A DNA stretch of 64,000 bases from Desulfatiglandales bacterium (GTDB taxonomy: Bacteria > Desulfobacterota > DSM-4660 > Desulfatiglandales > HGW-15), in contig CAXXJJ010000004.1 of the NCBI GenBank assembly GCA_963667015.2, positions 1,344,001-1,408,000 on the forward strand, given 5' to 3'. A program made the translations under genes and the position numbers. Under the pieces are notes generated by a model that had not been told where the DNA came from, did no database searches, and saw only the letters and a program-made list of their open reading frames with translations. Positions 49,051-59,723 of this stretch are shown here, in pieces. Each line of letters begins with the position of its first letter. Within the stretch, counting starts at the first letter, position 1.

Positions 49051-50937
49051 ATGTGTGGAATTCACGGGATAATTACCCCCTCTCTTTCTGAGGATGAAGT
49101 TTACAGAAGACTGGAGGAAATGGGCCTCCTTCAGGTACATCGCGGTCCGGATGACAGAAAAGAGATGGTCTTTCCCCTTAAAAAAGGGACACTTGGTTTT
49201 GGGTTCAGGCGGCTTTCAATACTTGATCTTGAAACCGGAATGCAGCCGATTATATCGCCTGAGGATAAATCAGCCATAATCTGTAACGGGCAGGTGTACA
49301 ATTATCTGGAGTTAAAGGCGGAATCTCCGGAAATGCATTATTCAACAAAGGGAGATATCGAGGTCGCCCTTAACATGTACAGAAAATACGGCCTTGATTT
49401 CCTGCAGAAATTAAACGGAATGTATGCCGGTGCAATCTATGATCATGTCAACTCAAAGCTGATACTCTTCAGGGACAGGTTCGGAATTAAGCCCCTCTAT
49501 TACACGGAATGGGAGGGAAATTTCCTTTTTGCCTCGGAGATAAAACCGCTGTTCAAGGGCAGTAAAAGGCCTCCTGAACTTAACAGTAAGCGACTGGAGA
49601 CATATTTTACATATCGCTATCTTCCCGGGACAGAGACAATGTTTTGCGGCATCAGGAGGTTGCCGCCCGGTTCTTATCTTGAATATGACCTGAATGAAAA
49701 CAGGTATTCCATAAAAAGATACTGGGAATACAAACTTGACCGGATTATCCCGGATATGGATTTTGACGATGCGTCGGAGCAGTTTATCAGCCTGTTCAGG
49801 GATGCAGTTAAGATAAGGATGAGATCTGATGTTGAGGTAGGAACACTTTTAAGCGGAGGCATCGATTCCTCGGCAGTTTCATCACAGTCAACGGTCACCA
49901 AACCGGATATCAGGCTCTTTTCCATCTCCTTTGATGAGGATAAATACAACGAGCTTCCTGTTATTAAAGATTTTATCAGGGATAATAATGAGCGTTTTAA
50001 GGACACGCGGCACTATACAGGGCTTTGCGGGTCAGGGGCGCTTGAGAGTCTTCCCGAAATAGTCAAATCCATTGAAGAGCCCATATCACTCGGCACAATA
50101 CTTCCCACCGATCAGGTTTGCAGAATGGCCAGTGAAAAGGTAAAGGTCGTACTGACAGGGGAAGGGGCAGATGAAATATTTGCAGGATACCGCAAATTTC
50201 TTATTGAAATGGCAGCCGGTGAGTACAGCAGTCTGGGGGTTTCTACACGGAACGAGCTTGAAAAGTTTTACCCTGAATTAAAACCCTACATGAAGGTCAG
50301 AGATAAAGATCCTGTAAAAAGATATATCCAGAGTGAGGCGCTGTTTTCAGGGGATGAACTAAGGGAACTGACAGGAAAAGAGCATGTTGATGACGCCTTC
50401 CCCCAGGATGCGATTCCTGATTTAACCGGAAATGAACACCCTCTTAATGCGGCCCTTGCCATGGAAAGCCGGGCAAGACTGCCGGACTATGTAATCCTCC
50501 GCCTTGACAAGCTCTCCATGAGACACTCGCTTGAGACACGGACGCCATTTCTGGATTACAGGCTTGCCGAATTTGCGGCAACTTTACCGGTCGAGTATAA
50601 GGCGAATTTAAAAGAACATCGTGAAAAGTATATCTGCGGGACCGCCTTCAGCAGGTACTCGATACTGGACAAAAATACTGCATTCAGGAAAAAGCAGCCC
50701 TTTACAATCCCCATGGCGGACTGGCTGTCAACGCCCTCGGCATTGCCCGAATGTATCAGGGAAATCATGTTCGGCGAAATGATAAAAAAACAGGGTATTT
50801 TAAACGAGAAAACGCTTAAAAGGCATATTGATCTGATCACAAAGGAGGATGTGGGTCCTCAAACCCTGGTTTCGGAGGCAGACAGGGTTTTTTCAATTAT
50901 TATATTTTCTTTGTGGTATGATCTTTTCTTTTCATAA
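49051..50937 (+). CDS. asnB: AsnB-family glutamine-dependent amidotransferase
   Basis: MCGI, HRGPD, RDRFGIKPLY, LSGGIDSS, GEGADE, RTPFLD. Confidence 0.9.
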   Translation: MCGIHGIITPSLSEDEVYRRLEEMGLLQVHRGPDDRKEMVFPLKKGTLGFGFRRLSILDLETGMQPIISPEDKSAIICNGQVYNYLELKAESPEMHYSTKGDIEVALNMYRKYGLDFLQKLNGMYAGAIYDHVNSKLILFRDRFGIKPLYYTEWEGNFLFASEIKPLFKGSKRPPELNSKRLETYFTYRYLPGTETMFCGIRRLPPGSYLEYDLNENRYSIKRYWEYKLDRIIPDMDFDDASEQFISLFRDAVKIRMRSDVEVGTLLSGGIDSSAVSSQSTVTKPDIRLFSISFDEDKYNELPVIKDFIRDNNERFKDTRHYTGLCGSGALESLPEIVKSIEEPISLGTILPTDQVCRMASEKVKVVLTGEGADEIFAGYRKFLIEMAAGEYSSLGVSTRNELEKFYPELKPYMKVRDKDPVKRYIQSEALFSGDELRELTGKEHVDDAFPQDAIPDLTGNEHPLNAALAMESRARLPDYVILRLDKLSMRHSLETRTPFLDYRLAEFAATLPVEYKANLKEHREKYICGTAFSRYSILDKNTAFRKKQPFTIPMADWLSTPSALPECIREIMFGEMIKKQGILNEKTLKRHIDLITKEDVGPQTLVSEADRVFSIIIFSLWYDLFFS

Positions 50938-50950
50938 TCAATGACTATAA

Positions 50951-51955
50951 TTGTCAGATATAGATATAGGTATAAAGGTAAAAATAATGCTGGCTTGCTG
51001 TGAATTACATAAAAATAATTGTTGTACGGACACTGTTCATCCTTACGGGTTGTGCATACTGCACAGTAAGGAGAGAACCGAGTATACTCAAAAGCTGCTT
51101 GATCTTCTTAAGGAAAAAATAGTTCCGGGGCCCCGGACCTTCGGATTTGAATATGAGTTTATCTCCGAAACACCTCTTAACCTGGAAGTAATGAACAGGA
51201 TCTATGGATTCTTGCCGGAAACGGGCTTTATGAGACATAACACATCATTTGTACATGAATCAGGAATGTACATAGATTTTGAGCCGGGCGGTCAGATAGA
51301 GTTCCATTCCCCGCCGCTTCTTAAGGGCGAAGACGAAAACCTGGAAAAATATATCTCCATTATAAAACAAGTAATCGATGCCATTAGCCTGAATCTGGGC
51401 ATAAGGTATATTGCACAGGGTTATATCCCGGGCCGGATGGACTCTCCCCTCTGTCTTGATGCGGAACGCTATATAAACCTGCACAATCGCCTGGCCATGC
51501 GCAGCACAAGAGGGCTTGAGATGATGAAGGGAACTGCATCAATACACTTTCATGCAGGTATAAAGGATCTGAATGAATTGCCCGATCTCTTTTCCACACT
51601 TATAGGGATTTCTGAAATGGATGACTTTAAGATGGGAGAGGATAGAAGGGATATATGGGATAAAACCGATTCCGGCCGTTGCGGTCAACCCTTTCATATA
51701 GATGAAGGCGATACGCCCTTTAACGCTATTGAAAAAATTGTTGATTATGCAATCCATGCCGGACATATCGCGGAAAACAGACCATTCGTTGAGACAGATG
51801 ATCTGTCCTTTGACTCATTCATGTATCACCTGACAACGATCTTTACAGATATCCGACTTAATATCAAAGGCCCGTCCATCGAACTAAGGACAATTGACAG
51901 CGTACCGTTTGACCAATTTAAATCGAAATGGAACAAATTCATATCATTACTCTAA
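50951..51955 (+). CDS. Glutamate-cysteine ligase family (GCS2/EgtA-like) protein
   Basis: FGFEYE, FEPGGQIE, GLEMMKGTAS, HLTTIFTDIR, IELRTID. Confidence 0.8.
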   Translation: MSDIDIGIKVKIMLACCELHKNNCCTDTVHPYGLCILHSKERTEYTQKLLDLLKEKIVPGPRTFGFEYEFISETPLNLEVMNRIYGFLPETGFMRHNTSFVHESGMYIDFEPGGQIEFHSPPLLKGEDENLEKYISIIKQVIDAISLNLGIRYIAQGYIPGRMDSPLCLDAERYINLHNRLAMRSTRGLEMMKGTASIHFHAGIKDLNELPDLFSTLIGISEMDDFKMGEDRRDIWDKTDSGRCGQPFHIDEGDTPFNAIEKIVDYAIHAGHIAENRPFVETDDLSFDSFMYHLTTIFTDIRLNIKGPSIELRTIDSVPFDQFKSKWNKFISLL

Positions 51956-51986
51956 ATCAAAACACAATCAGACACAGGAATCTAAA

Positions 51987-52244
51987 ATGGAAAATGTTAC
52001 AATCTATACTACACTGGTTTGCCCCTACTGCGTAAGAGCCAAAAAACTCCTCGAAAAAAAGGGAGTCGAATATAAAGAATTAAGGGTGGATCTCGACCCG
52101 GCACTTGTACAGGAGGCCATCGAAAAAAGCGGCGGCTTGAAGACTGTACCTCAAATATTTATCGGGGATTATCATGTGGGAGGGTGTGATGAACTTTATG
52201 CACTTGAAAGGGAAAATGAACTGGACAGCCTGCTGGGGATATAA
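51987..52244 (+). CDS. grxC: Glutaredoxin 3-like
   Basis: CPYC, TVPQIFI, GGCDEL; start moved to ATG 51987. Confidence 0.92.
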   Translation: MENVTIYTTLVCPYCVRAKKLLEKKGVEYKELRVDLDPALVQEAIEKSGGLKTVPQIFIGDYHVGGCDELYALERENELDSLLGI

Positions 52245-52356
52245 AACAGTGTATTGTGATTCTATATTATTTTATTCACATTAAAATGCTGCTTAATCAT
52301 TTCTCAATACCATATTGTCACATACTACCCAGTTCCAGCCTGGCATAGAGAATTGA

Positions 52357-54798
52357 TCACTGATCGGCAGTGTTTTCATCCAGAACTTTTCGGATAGCAT
52401 CTGCCATCTCCCTCACAACTATCGGCTTCAAAACAAAAGCGCTTATGCCTATCTCTATGGCTTTGCGCCTGTCTATCTTATCACTGAATCCTGTACATAA
52501 AATAACAGGTATTCTGCTTTTAATTGCCATTATTTCTCCTGCCAGCCGCTCTCCAGTCATATCAGGCATGGTCATGTCTGTGATAACAAGATCAAACATC
52601 TCCGGGCTGTTGCGGAATAATTCAAGTGCTTCGATACTGCCTGTTCTTGCAGTTACTTTATAACCAATTTTTTCAAGCATTTTCTTTGTTACACCAACAA
52701 CACCCTTTTCATCATCCACAAGAAGAATCCGTTCATTTCCTTTTGGTATATCTGCTTTATCTTCATAAGTATTGTTAAGTTCTACATCAGTTACAGGGAT
52801 ATACACATGAAAGACTGTTCCTTGGCCGACTCTGCTTTCAACAGTTACATCTCCGCCATAGTTTTTGGCGATGCCATGAACGGTTGCCAGACCTAATCCG
52901 GTTCCTTCTCCCACCTTCTTGCTCGTATAATAAGGCTCAAAAACTCTATCGATTATCTCGGGAGATATTCCGGTCCCATTATCTTTTACAGACAACTTTA
53001 AATACCGGCCGGATTTCAAACCAGGCAGGACGTTTTCTTTTTCTATTGAAATATCTTCATTGTGCAGGGTTACCTCTAATAATCCGCCTTTCTCTCTCAT
53101 GGCATGGGCGGCATTTGTACAAAGGTTCATCACTATCTGATTAAGCTGTGTAGGGTCTGCGAGAATCGTATCCTGATCTGCGCTGTTATGATACTGGATA
53201 TCAATACTGGTGGGTATGGTAGAGCGCAGGAACTTTATGGCTTCTTTTATAACAGGGGATGTCTTTAATACAATCCTGCTTTCTGAGCCTTTTCGTGCAA
53301 AAATTAAAATCTGTTTAACCAGATCCCTGGCTCTCAAAGCTGCTGCATAAATTTCTTTCATACTGAGCTGCAAGGAAGGATTTGATTTGAGGTCATCTAT
53401 AGCCATCTCAGCATGCATAATAATCGGGGAGAGAATATTATTAAAATCATGTGCTATTCCTCCGGCCAGTGTTCCGATGGATTCCATTTTCTGAGACTGG
53501 CTTAAAAGCGACTGCAGTCTTTCTCTTTCCATCTCCGCTTTTTTACGTTCGCTGATATCTCGAACAATGGCCCACATACCCGTACTTTTACCACGGTTAT
53601 CTTTTAAAAGAAAAGTATGCAGCTCTACCGGAAATATTGATCCGTTTTTATGTATATACTCCTTCTCGTAAATATCCGAATACCCGACTATCATAACCTG
53701 TTTTTCAATTATCTCTAATTCCAGCTGATGCCATTTTTCCGGTGTCAGATTATTATATGACAGTTTTTGTAATTCTTTTAAGGTGTATCCAACCATTTCA
53801 GTAAATGACGTATTTGCATCCTGGATATTGCCGTCCATATCAACACTTGCATAGGCATCCCTCATTGAATCGAACAGCTGGCGATATTTTACTTCACTTT
53901 CTTTCAATTGACGGGTTTGTTTTTTTACCTGATACCTGAGAGACTTTACCCAGACTATTAAAAGTTAAGCGATACAAACAGATAATAAAATTGAAAAGAG
54001 AAGCCACTTTGGAATAACGTTCTTTTTAAAATGTTCCCCGGCTAACCAGTAATTAAGAGTTTCATAGTAAAAAGAATTTTTGTCGGCTTTCCATTTTAAT
54101 AGATACGAGTCCACGGTTGTAATCAGTGTATCTTCACCTTCAGGGGCACCGAAATAAATGGCAAAAGGGCTGAAAATAATGGAACTTTCAACTAGATTAT
54201 ATTTTCCGGAGTTCATTAGACCAAATATATTGGGAACTACTCCTCCAAAAGCCTTCTCTTCTTCAACCTGCTGCAGTACATCGTAATGAGACTGGCACTC
54301 GATAAATGAACATTCAATGTCAAACTGCTCTATTGTTTTCCTGAAATTGACCCCACTGATATCGCCTTTCATAATGGCGATAGTCTTACCTTCTAAATCA
54401 AGGATATTTTTAACTCCGGAACCAGGCCTCACATATACCATACCCCAGACTGTTACAACTGATTCATGGTTGTAGTCAATCAGCCTGTCCCGCTCCTCTG
54501 AAAAGGCAATGGAAGGTAATAAATCAATCTCGCCGTTCTTAACCCTGCTTAATCCTTCATCCCATGTTCCAGAAACATAAGTAACACTCCATCCTTCTTT
54601 CTGAGCAATATACTCTATGATATCAATATATATTCCAGATGGTTTTCCAGTCTCATCAATAAAGTTCATGGGGCTGAACGGGAAAATACCCATTTTTACT
54701 TCACGGTTCTCGGCAGCAATGGAGCTGAATGGTACTATCAGAGAAAATAAGATGCAGTAAAGTGACAGACGCAGGATTTTTATTTTATTTGAAGGCAT
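52357..54798 (-). pseudogene. Hybrid kinase (periplasmic binding domain-TM-PAS-HisKA-HATPase-REC) split by an in-frame TAA
   Basis: ORFs 53965-54798 and 52357-53907 share a frame; TAA at 53965-53967 lies in the TM helix and is followed by 19 sense codons (LLIVWVKSLRYQVKKQTRQ). Confidence 0.8.
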
Positions 54799-55207
54799 TT
54801 ATTACTTCGTTTTACGTTAACAGTATATATGGTTATCAGTAGTCCAAAGGACCGAAAATCGATAATACTTGTAAAACAGTAATTCTGAAAAAAATAAGTT
54901 TTATTTTTGATTTTATCTATCATAAATTCAAGTGATTTAAAACAAGGTTCACAGTTTGTGATTATTTGCTCCATGTTTATAATACCTTGGAACCCAAAAC
55001 AGGCGTCAGATATCAGAAGAATAACAGGGATTTAGTTGATAAAAATGAATTACCCAGCCGCAAGCTACAATGCATTAGACCTTGCGCTTCGCAATAAATT
55101 CAAAAAGGAAAAGAAGTCTGATACCAGATGTGGGAGGTCAGGCTGAAAAAGACTGTTATTTCTCGCACCAGCGGTACGAGTTTTTTCTGTCCCTCGTATG
55201 CCTTAAA

Positions 55208-55666
55208 CTATTTGGTTGTGGATGAATTATTAATGATTTTTTCGTGCTCAATCTTGATGCATCTGTCCATGACAACTGTTGCACCGGCCTTGACAGCCTT
55301 TTCCCCTGCCTCACGATGATATATTCCAAGCTGCATCCAGATAACCTTGATGCCCTTATCCAGGGCCTGATCAACCGCGTCAGTAACACGTTTTGCGTTC
55401 AGAAACAGGTCGGCTACATCTACATCAAAGGGAATCTCTGAAATACCGGGATAACATTTTGCGCCCAGGATCTCTTTCTGTCCGGGATTGACAGGAACAA
55501 TCTCGTATCCATGTTCCATTAGATACTTTGCAACCCTGTTGCTCGGCCTGTCCTCCTTGGGAGAAAGGCCAACAACTGCTATTTTTTTTACTTTCTTAAG
55601 AATTTCCCGGATCTCTTCAGGTGAGGGGTTGATATCATCTATAAAAGATTTATCATCACTGCTCAT
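55208..55666 (-). CDS. CoA-binding protein (YccU-like)
   Basis: IAVVGLSPKEDRPS, PVNP, WMQLG, VMDRCIK. Confidence 0.92.
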   Translation of the reverse strand: MSSDDKSFIDDINPSPEEIREILKKVKKIAVVGLSPKEDRPSNRVAKYLMEHGYEIVPVNPGQKEILGAKCYPGISEIPFDVDVADLFLNAKRVTDAVDQALDKGIKVIWMQLGIYHREAGEKAVKAGATVVMDRCIKIEHEKIINNSSTTK

Positions 55667-55965
55667 TTTATTATCTCATTTACCTTTTTAACCTTATCGG
55701 AAAACTCCATTGCCTTTCGGGCACCGGGAACCTGATTCAATACATGCCTTTTCAGTCCACTTTCAATCAGCCCCGGGCTTTTTTTTTCCTCTTCAGGCTC
55801 CTCTGCTTTTTTTGCAGGATCACTGTTGATCTCTTTTTTGATGTTTTTGAATTCGCGTACAGCGCCGCCAAGGCCTTTTCCTATTTCGGGTATTTTTCTT
55901 GCACCGAACAGGATCAGTATAATTACGGCAATAATGATTAATTCAGTAGCTCCAAGTCCAAACAT
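55663..55965 (-). CDS. Second TatA/E-family protein
   Basis: MFGLGATELIII..FGARKIPEIGKGLG..EFK. Confidence 0.85.
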   Translation of the reverse strand: MFGLGATELIIIAVIILILFGARKIPEIGKGLGGAVREFKNIKKEINSDPAKKAEEPEEEKKSPGLIESGLKRHVLNQVPGARKAMEFSDKVKKVNEIIK

Positions 55966-55981
55966 TTTAATTCCCTTTTAA

Positions 55982-57037
55982 TTATTTTATAAACTCGATA
56001 GCCGGGTCGTTTTCTTCCCGTGCCTCAACTGAGCCGATATGATACGCGGTCTCTCCCATGGCCTTCAGACGCAGCAGCACCTCACTACAGTCTTCTTCAC
56101 TTACAACTATCACAAGGCCAAGACCATTATTAAAGGTCCTGAGCATATCTTCCTGAGGAACATCTCCGGCCTTCTGCATATACTGGAAAACCGGTTGTGG
56201 CGTCCAGCTCGATGTATTAATCACAACCTTGCACTGGGCAGGAAGAATCCTTGGCAGATTTTCAGTAAGACCGCCGCCTGTAATATGGGAAATACCATAC
56301 ACCCTGAATCCCCTTCTCAGGTTACTTACGGTCCGGGTATAGATTCTTGTAGGTGTAAGCAATTCTTCGCCAAGGGTCTTTCCGAAATCTTCCACATAAT
56401 CTTCCACCTTCATCTTCAGCTCTTCAAAGAATATCTTTCTTACAAGACTGTACCCATTGCTGTGAATCCCGCTTGAACTTATACCTATAAGCTGATGTCC
56501 AAAGGCAATCTCCGATCCGTCAAGGAGAAGATCGTTATCTGCAATACCGGTTACAAACCCTACAAGATCATACTCTCCTTCATCATAAAATCCCGGCATT
56601 TCGGCTGTTTCGCCCCCGATAAGAGAGCAGTTTGCCTCCATACAACCGGCAGAAATTCCCTTAACGATATCAACACATTTATTAACATCAAGTTTACTCA
56701 TAGATATGTAATCCAGCATAAAAAGCGGGGAAGCCCCCTGAACAACAATATCATTCACGCACATTGCCACAAGGTCTATGCCTATTGTGTCATGCTTGTC
56801 CATGAGAAAGGCGATCTTCAGTTTTGTACCAACCCCGTCGGTTGATGCTACAAGTACCGGATTTTTCATATCCTGGGACTGCAGAGAAAAGAGTCCTGCA
56901 AACCCCCCTATATCGGTAATTACGTTTGATTTAAAGGTCTTGCCTACAATGGGCTTGATAAGGTCTACAAACCTGTTTCCGGCATCTATATCAACGCCGG
57001 CTTCCGAATATCTGTCCTTTTTCTTTTTAATAGTCAT
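55982..57037 (-). CDS. purM: Phosphoribosylformylglycinamidine cyclo-ligase
   Basis: YSEAGVDI, TDGVGTK, GGETAEMP, HSNGYS, HITGGG. Confidence 0.97.
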   Translation of the reverse strand: MTIKKKKDRYSEAGVDIDAGNRFVDLIKPIVGKTFKSNVITDIGGFAGLFSLQSQDMKNPVLVASTDGVGTKLKIAFLMDKHDTIGIDLVAMCVNDIVVQGASPLFMLDYISMSKLDVNKCVDIVKGISAGCMEANCSLIGGETAEMPGFYDEGEYDLVGFVTGIADNDLLLDGSEIAFGHQLIGISSSGIHSNGYSLVRKIFFEELKMKVEDYVEDFGKTLGEELLTPTRIYTRTVSNLRRGFRVYGISHITGGGLTENLPRILPAQCKVVINTSSWTPQPVFQYMQKAGDVPQEDMLRTFNNGLGLVIVVSEEDCSEVLLRLKAMGETAYHIGSVEAREENDPAIEFIK

Positions 57038-57165
57038 TAATTATTTCCCGCCAATCTGGATATATTTATTTTTGTAAATTGGTGACCAGTGATAAGATAA
57101 TTTTAAAAAAATAAACTTAAATACTGTGTCAGATACCCTGTTTTGTCAACAGTTTTCTTGCTTTA

Positions 57166-58137
57166 TTATTCACGGATAAACACCTTGAGGAACATGTCAC
57201 CCCTCATATTACCCGCCATTGTTTTTCCCATGCCCCTTAACCGCAGAATCGAACCATTTTTTATTCCTGACGGTATGGTAACCCGGAAGAGCCTTCTTTG
57301 AAAACCCCATGGAATATTGACAAGTTTTCTGGTCCCGTATCTTGCCTCGGAAGGACTTATCACAATATCTCCATTCAGATCGGGGTTTTCAGGAGTACTC
57401 AAGGTCCTGATAACCTGCAGACCGGGTGTACCTTTTTTTGAAGTGACGGTCCTCAGCTTCTGGTTTATGCCTGATCTGGGAACACCTAAAAACATCTTTA
57501 AGAATAAAATGCCCGCAACAAATCCCCCGATATGAGCCCACCAGGCTATTCCTCCGCCGCCGGCAGATGACCCTGCGGCACTTAAAAACTGCATAAGAAA
57601 CCATAACCCCAGGAATACATAGGCAGGAATCTCTAAAAAAAACGGGATGAAAATAATGGGGATCAGAGTAAGTATCTTTGAATTGGGGTAAGAAATCATA
57701 TAGGCGCCCATTACTCCGGCTATTGCACCGCTTGCACCAATAGTGGGGACAGGAGAATTCAGATTAAGCGACATGTGAAAAAGCCCCGAGGCAATACCGC
57801 ACAGCAGATAAAAGGCAAGGTATCTGAAGTGACCCAGCCGGTCTTCTATATTGTCACCAAAGATATACAAAGACCACATGTTTCCCAGGAGATGCCAGAA
57901 ACCGCCATGAAGAAACATAAAGGTGATAAGAGATATGGCCTTATCTCCAAAGCTGTAACGAACGCCGTAAAATGAATGGGTAAAATGGGCAGGTACAAGA
58001 CCAAACCTGTTTATGAATTCATTAAATCCGCTGCCCTGGGCAAGCTGAAGGAGAAAGAAAAACACATTTACAGCAATAATAGTGTTATTTACGATCGGGT
58101 AATTTTTTGAACTGACAGTATCTCTAAGGGGTATCAT
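57166..58137 (-). CDS. Rhomboid intramembrane serine protease with C-terminal DnaJ_C-like domain
   Basis: HLLGNM, catalytic GASG and WWAHIGG; tail VTIPSGIKNGSILRLRGMG..GDMFLKV. Confidence 0.88.
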   Translation of the reverse strand: MIPLRDTVSSKNYPIVNNTIIAVNVFFFLLQLAQGSGFNEFINRFGLVPAHFTHSFYGVRYSFGDKAISLITFMFLHGGFWHLLGNMWSLYIFGDNIEDRLGHFRYLAFYLLCGIASGLFHMSLNLNSPVPTIGASGAIAGVMGAYMISYPNSKILTLIPIIFIPFFLEIPAYVFLGLWFLMQFLSAAGSSAGGGGIAWWAHIGGFVAGILFLKMFLGVPRSGINQKLRTVTSKKGTPGLQVIRTLSTPENPDLNGDIVISPSEARYGTRKLVNIPWGFQRRLFRVTIPSGIKNGSILRLRGMGKTMAGNMRGDMFLKVFIRE

Positions 58138-58430
58138 ATATAGTTTCCAGTCTCATAAAATAGTTTTTAATACCAGAAACCTGATCCATACTCCAACAGA
58201 ATTTCTGCTTCACAAAATCTGTAGTATTTAACAGACTGAATTCTCCTCATTAAAAATAATTCAGGGTAGTGTAAGCAACAGGCACTTACCAAAGTAAACA
58301 CATGAATTTTATTGACATTTTTCATATATTTTTAAATAGTTATTAATTTCGTGTAGAATTTATTCAGGTTGTTGTCGTTACAGGTAATATCTGATATACA
58401 TGGTCACATTTACAACATTGTTGGAGAAAA

Positions 58431-59714
58431 ATGGAATACGACTCATTTGATCAGAGTTTCATCGATAGCCTTTCAGGCATATCAAATATCGGCCGGTATG
58501 TAATAACAAATAAACTGGGCCGGGGTGCGGCAGGAATTGTTTATCTTGCCAAAGATCCATATATTAAAAGAAATGTTGCTATCAAAGTGGCCCAGACCTC
58601 AACGGATAAAAGAAGGGAAAGGTTTCTTGTTGAAGCACAGTCTGCCGGTCAGTTTAATCACCCTAATATTGTATCCATCTATGATGTTGGCGTACAGGAC
58701 GACTTCTGCTACCTTGCAATGGAATACATCGAAGGAAACACACTGGAGATGTACTGTGACAAGGACAACCTCCTGCCTGTTCAAAAGGTTATCGAAATAA
58801 TTCTCAGCCTCTGCAGTGCTCTTGATTACAGTCATAAAAGAAATGTCATTCACAGGGATATAAAACCGGCCAACATAATGCTTGATTCTGACGGCACAAC
58901 AAAAATAACCGATTTTGGTGTAGCCCAGATGACAGAAAGTACGGCTGTATCCGGTATTTTCGGAACGCCAAGCTACATGTCCCCGGAACAGGTTACTGAG
59001 GAGTCTATTTCACCCCAGAGTGATATCTTTTCAGTAGGATGTGTCCTGTATGAACTGTTGACTGGAGTTCAGGCCTTTCCCGGTGAAAATAATTTTGCTA
59101 TTATTTACAAGATAACAAGCACTGAACCCCAATCAGTTTTATCCGTAAGACCTGACCTGCCTGAAATTTTTGAGAGTATTATTGAAAAGGCGGTTGCTAA
59201 AGATCTTTCCAAACGATATCAGAGCTGCACAGCACTGGCATATGACCTCAGAGTGGCGTTAAGAGGAGTATCAGGATCGGCAGTAACCAGCGACAAGATA
59301 AAAGACGTTGCGGATTACATTCACCACCTCAAATTTTTTCAGAATTTCACCTATAATGAAGTCAGGGAGATAGTATCTCTAAGCCAAATCATCAAGGTCA
59401 GCAGTGGCAATGCCATTGTATCAGAAGGAGAAATAGATGATACATTCTATATCCTGATGAGCGGTAAGGCCAAGGTTGTAAAATCCAGCGATATAATAGC
59501 AACTATGGCGGCAGGTGACTGCATCGGAGAGATGGCTCTTATAGGCGGTCAGAGCAGGATAGCCGATGTTCTGGCTGTGACAGACTGTATACTCTTAAAA
59601 ATCAGTTCTTCGTTACTTGATAACGCATCGGATTCGCTGAAACATCTTTTCTTTAAAAACTTTGCCATTACCCTTGTTCACAGGTTGTCAATATCATCCA
59701 GGAAGGAAACATAA
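58431..59714 (+). CDS. Ser/Thr protein kinase with C-terminal cyclic-nucleotide-binding domain
   Basis: LGRGAAG, VAIK, HRDIKPAN, DFG, GTPSYMSPE; cNMP EGE..FYI..GDCIGEMAL..RIADV. Confidence 0.92.
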   Translation: MEYDSFDQSFIDSLSGISNIGRYVITNKLGRGAAGIVYLAKDPYIKRNVAIKVAQTSTDKRRERFLVEAQSAGQFNHPNIVSIYDVGVQDDFCYLAMEYIEGNTLEMYCDKDNLLPVQKVIEIILSLCSALDYSHKRNVIHRDIKPANIMLDSDGTTKITDFGVAQMTESTAVSGIFGTPSYMSPEQVTEESISPQSDIFSVGCVLYELLTGVQAFPGENNFAIIYKITSTEPQSVLSVRPDLPEIFESIIEKAVAKDLSKRYQSCTALAYDLRVALRGVSGSAVTSDKIKDVADYIHHLKFFQNFTYNEVREIVSLSQIIKVSSGNAIVSEGEIDDTFYILMSGKAKVVKSSDIIATMAAGDCIGEMALIGGQSRIADVLAVTDCILLKISSSLLDNASDSLKHLFFKNFAITLVHRLSISSRKET

Positions 59715-59723
59715 TATATAAGT

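Noticed and set aside
48710..50937. AsnB-like gene as a lasso-peptide cyclase with upstream precursor
   Set aside because: Intact N-terminal Cys glutaminase domain, no B1/B2 proteins, and upstream mini-ORFs lack precursor features
55044..55105. ATGAATTACCCAGCCGCAAGCT resembling a palindromic end of IS200/IS605-type miniature elements
   Set aside because: Palindrome is decayed, single copy in the window, no transposase
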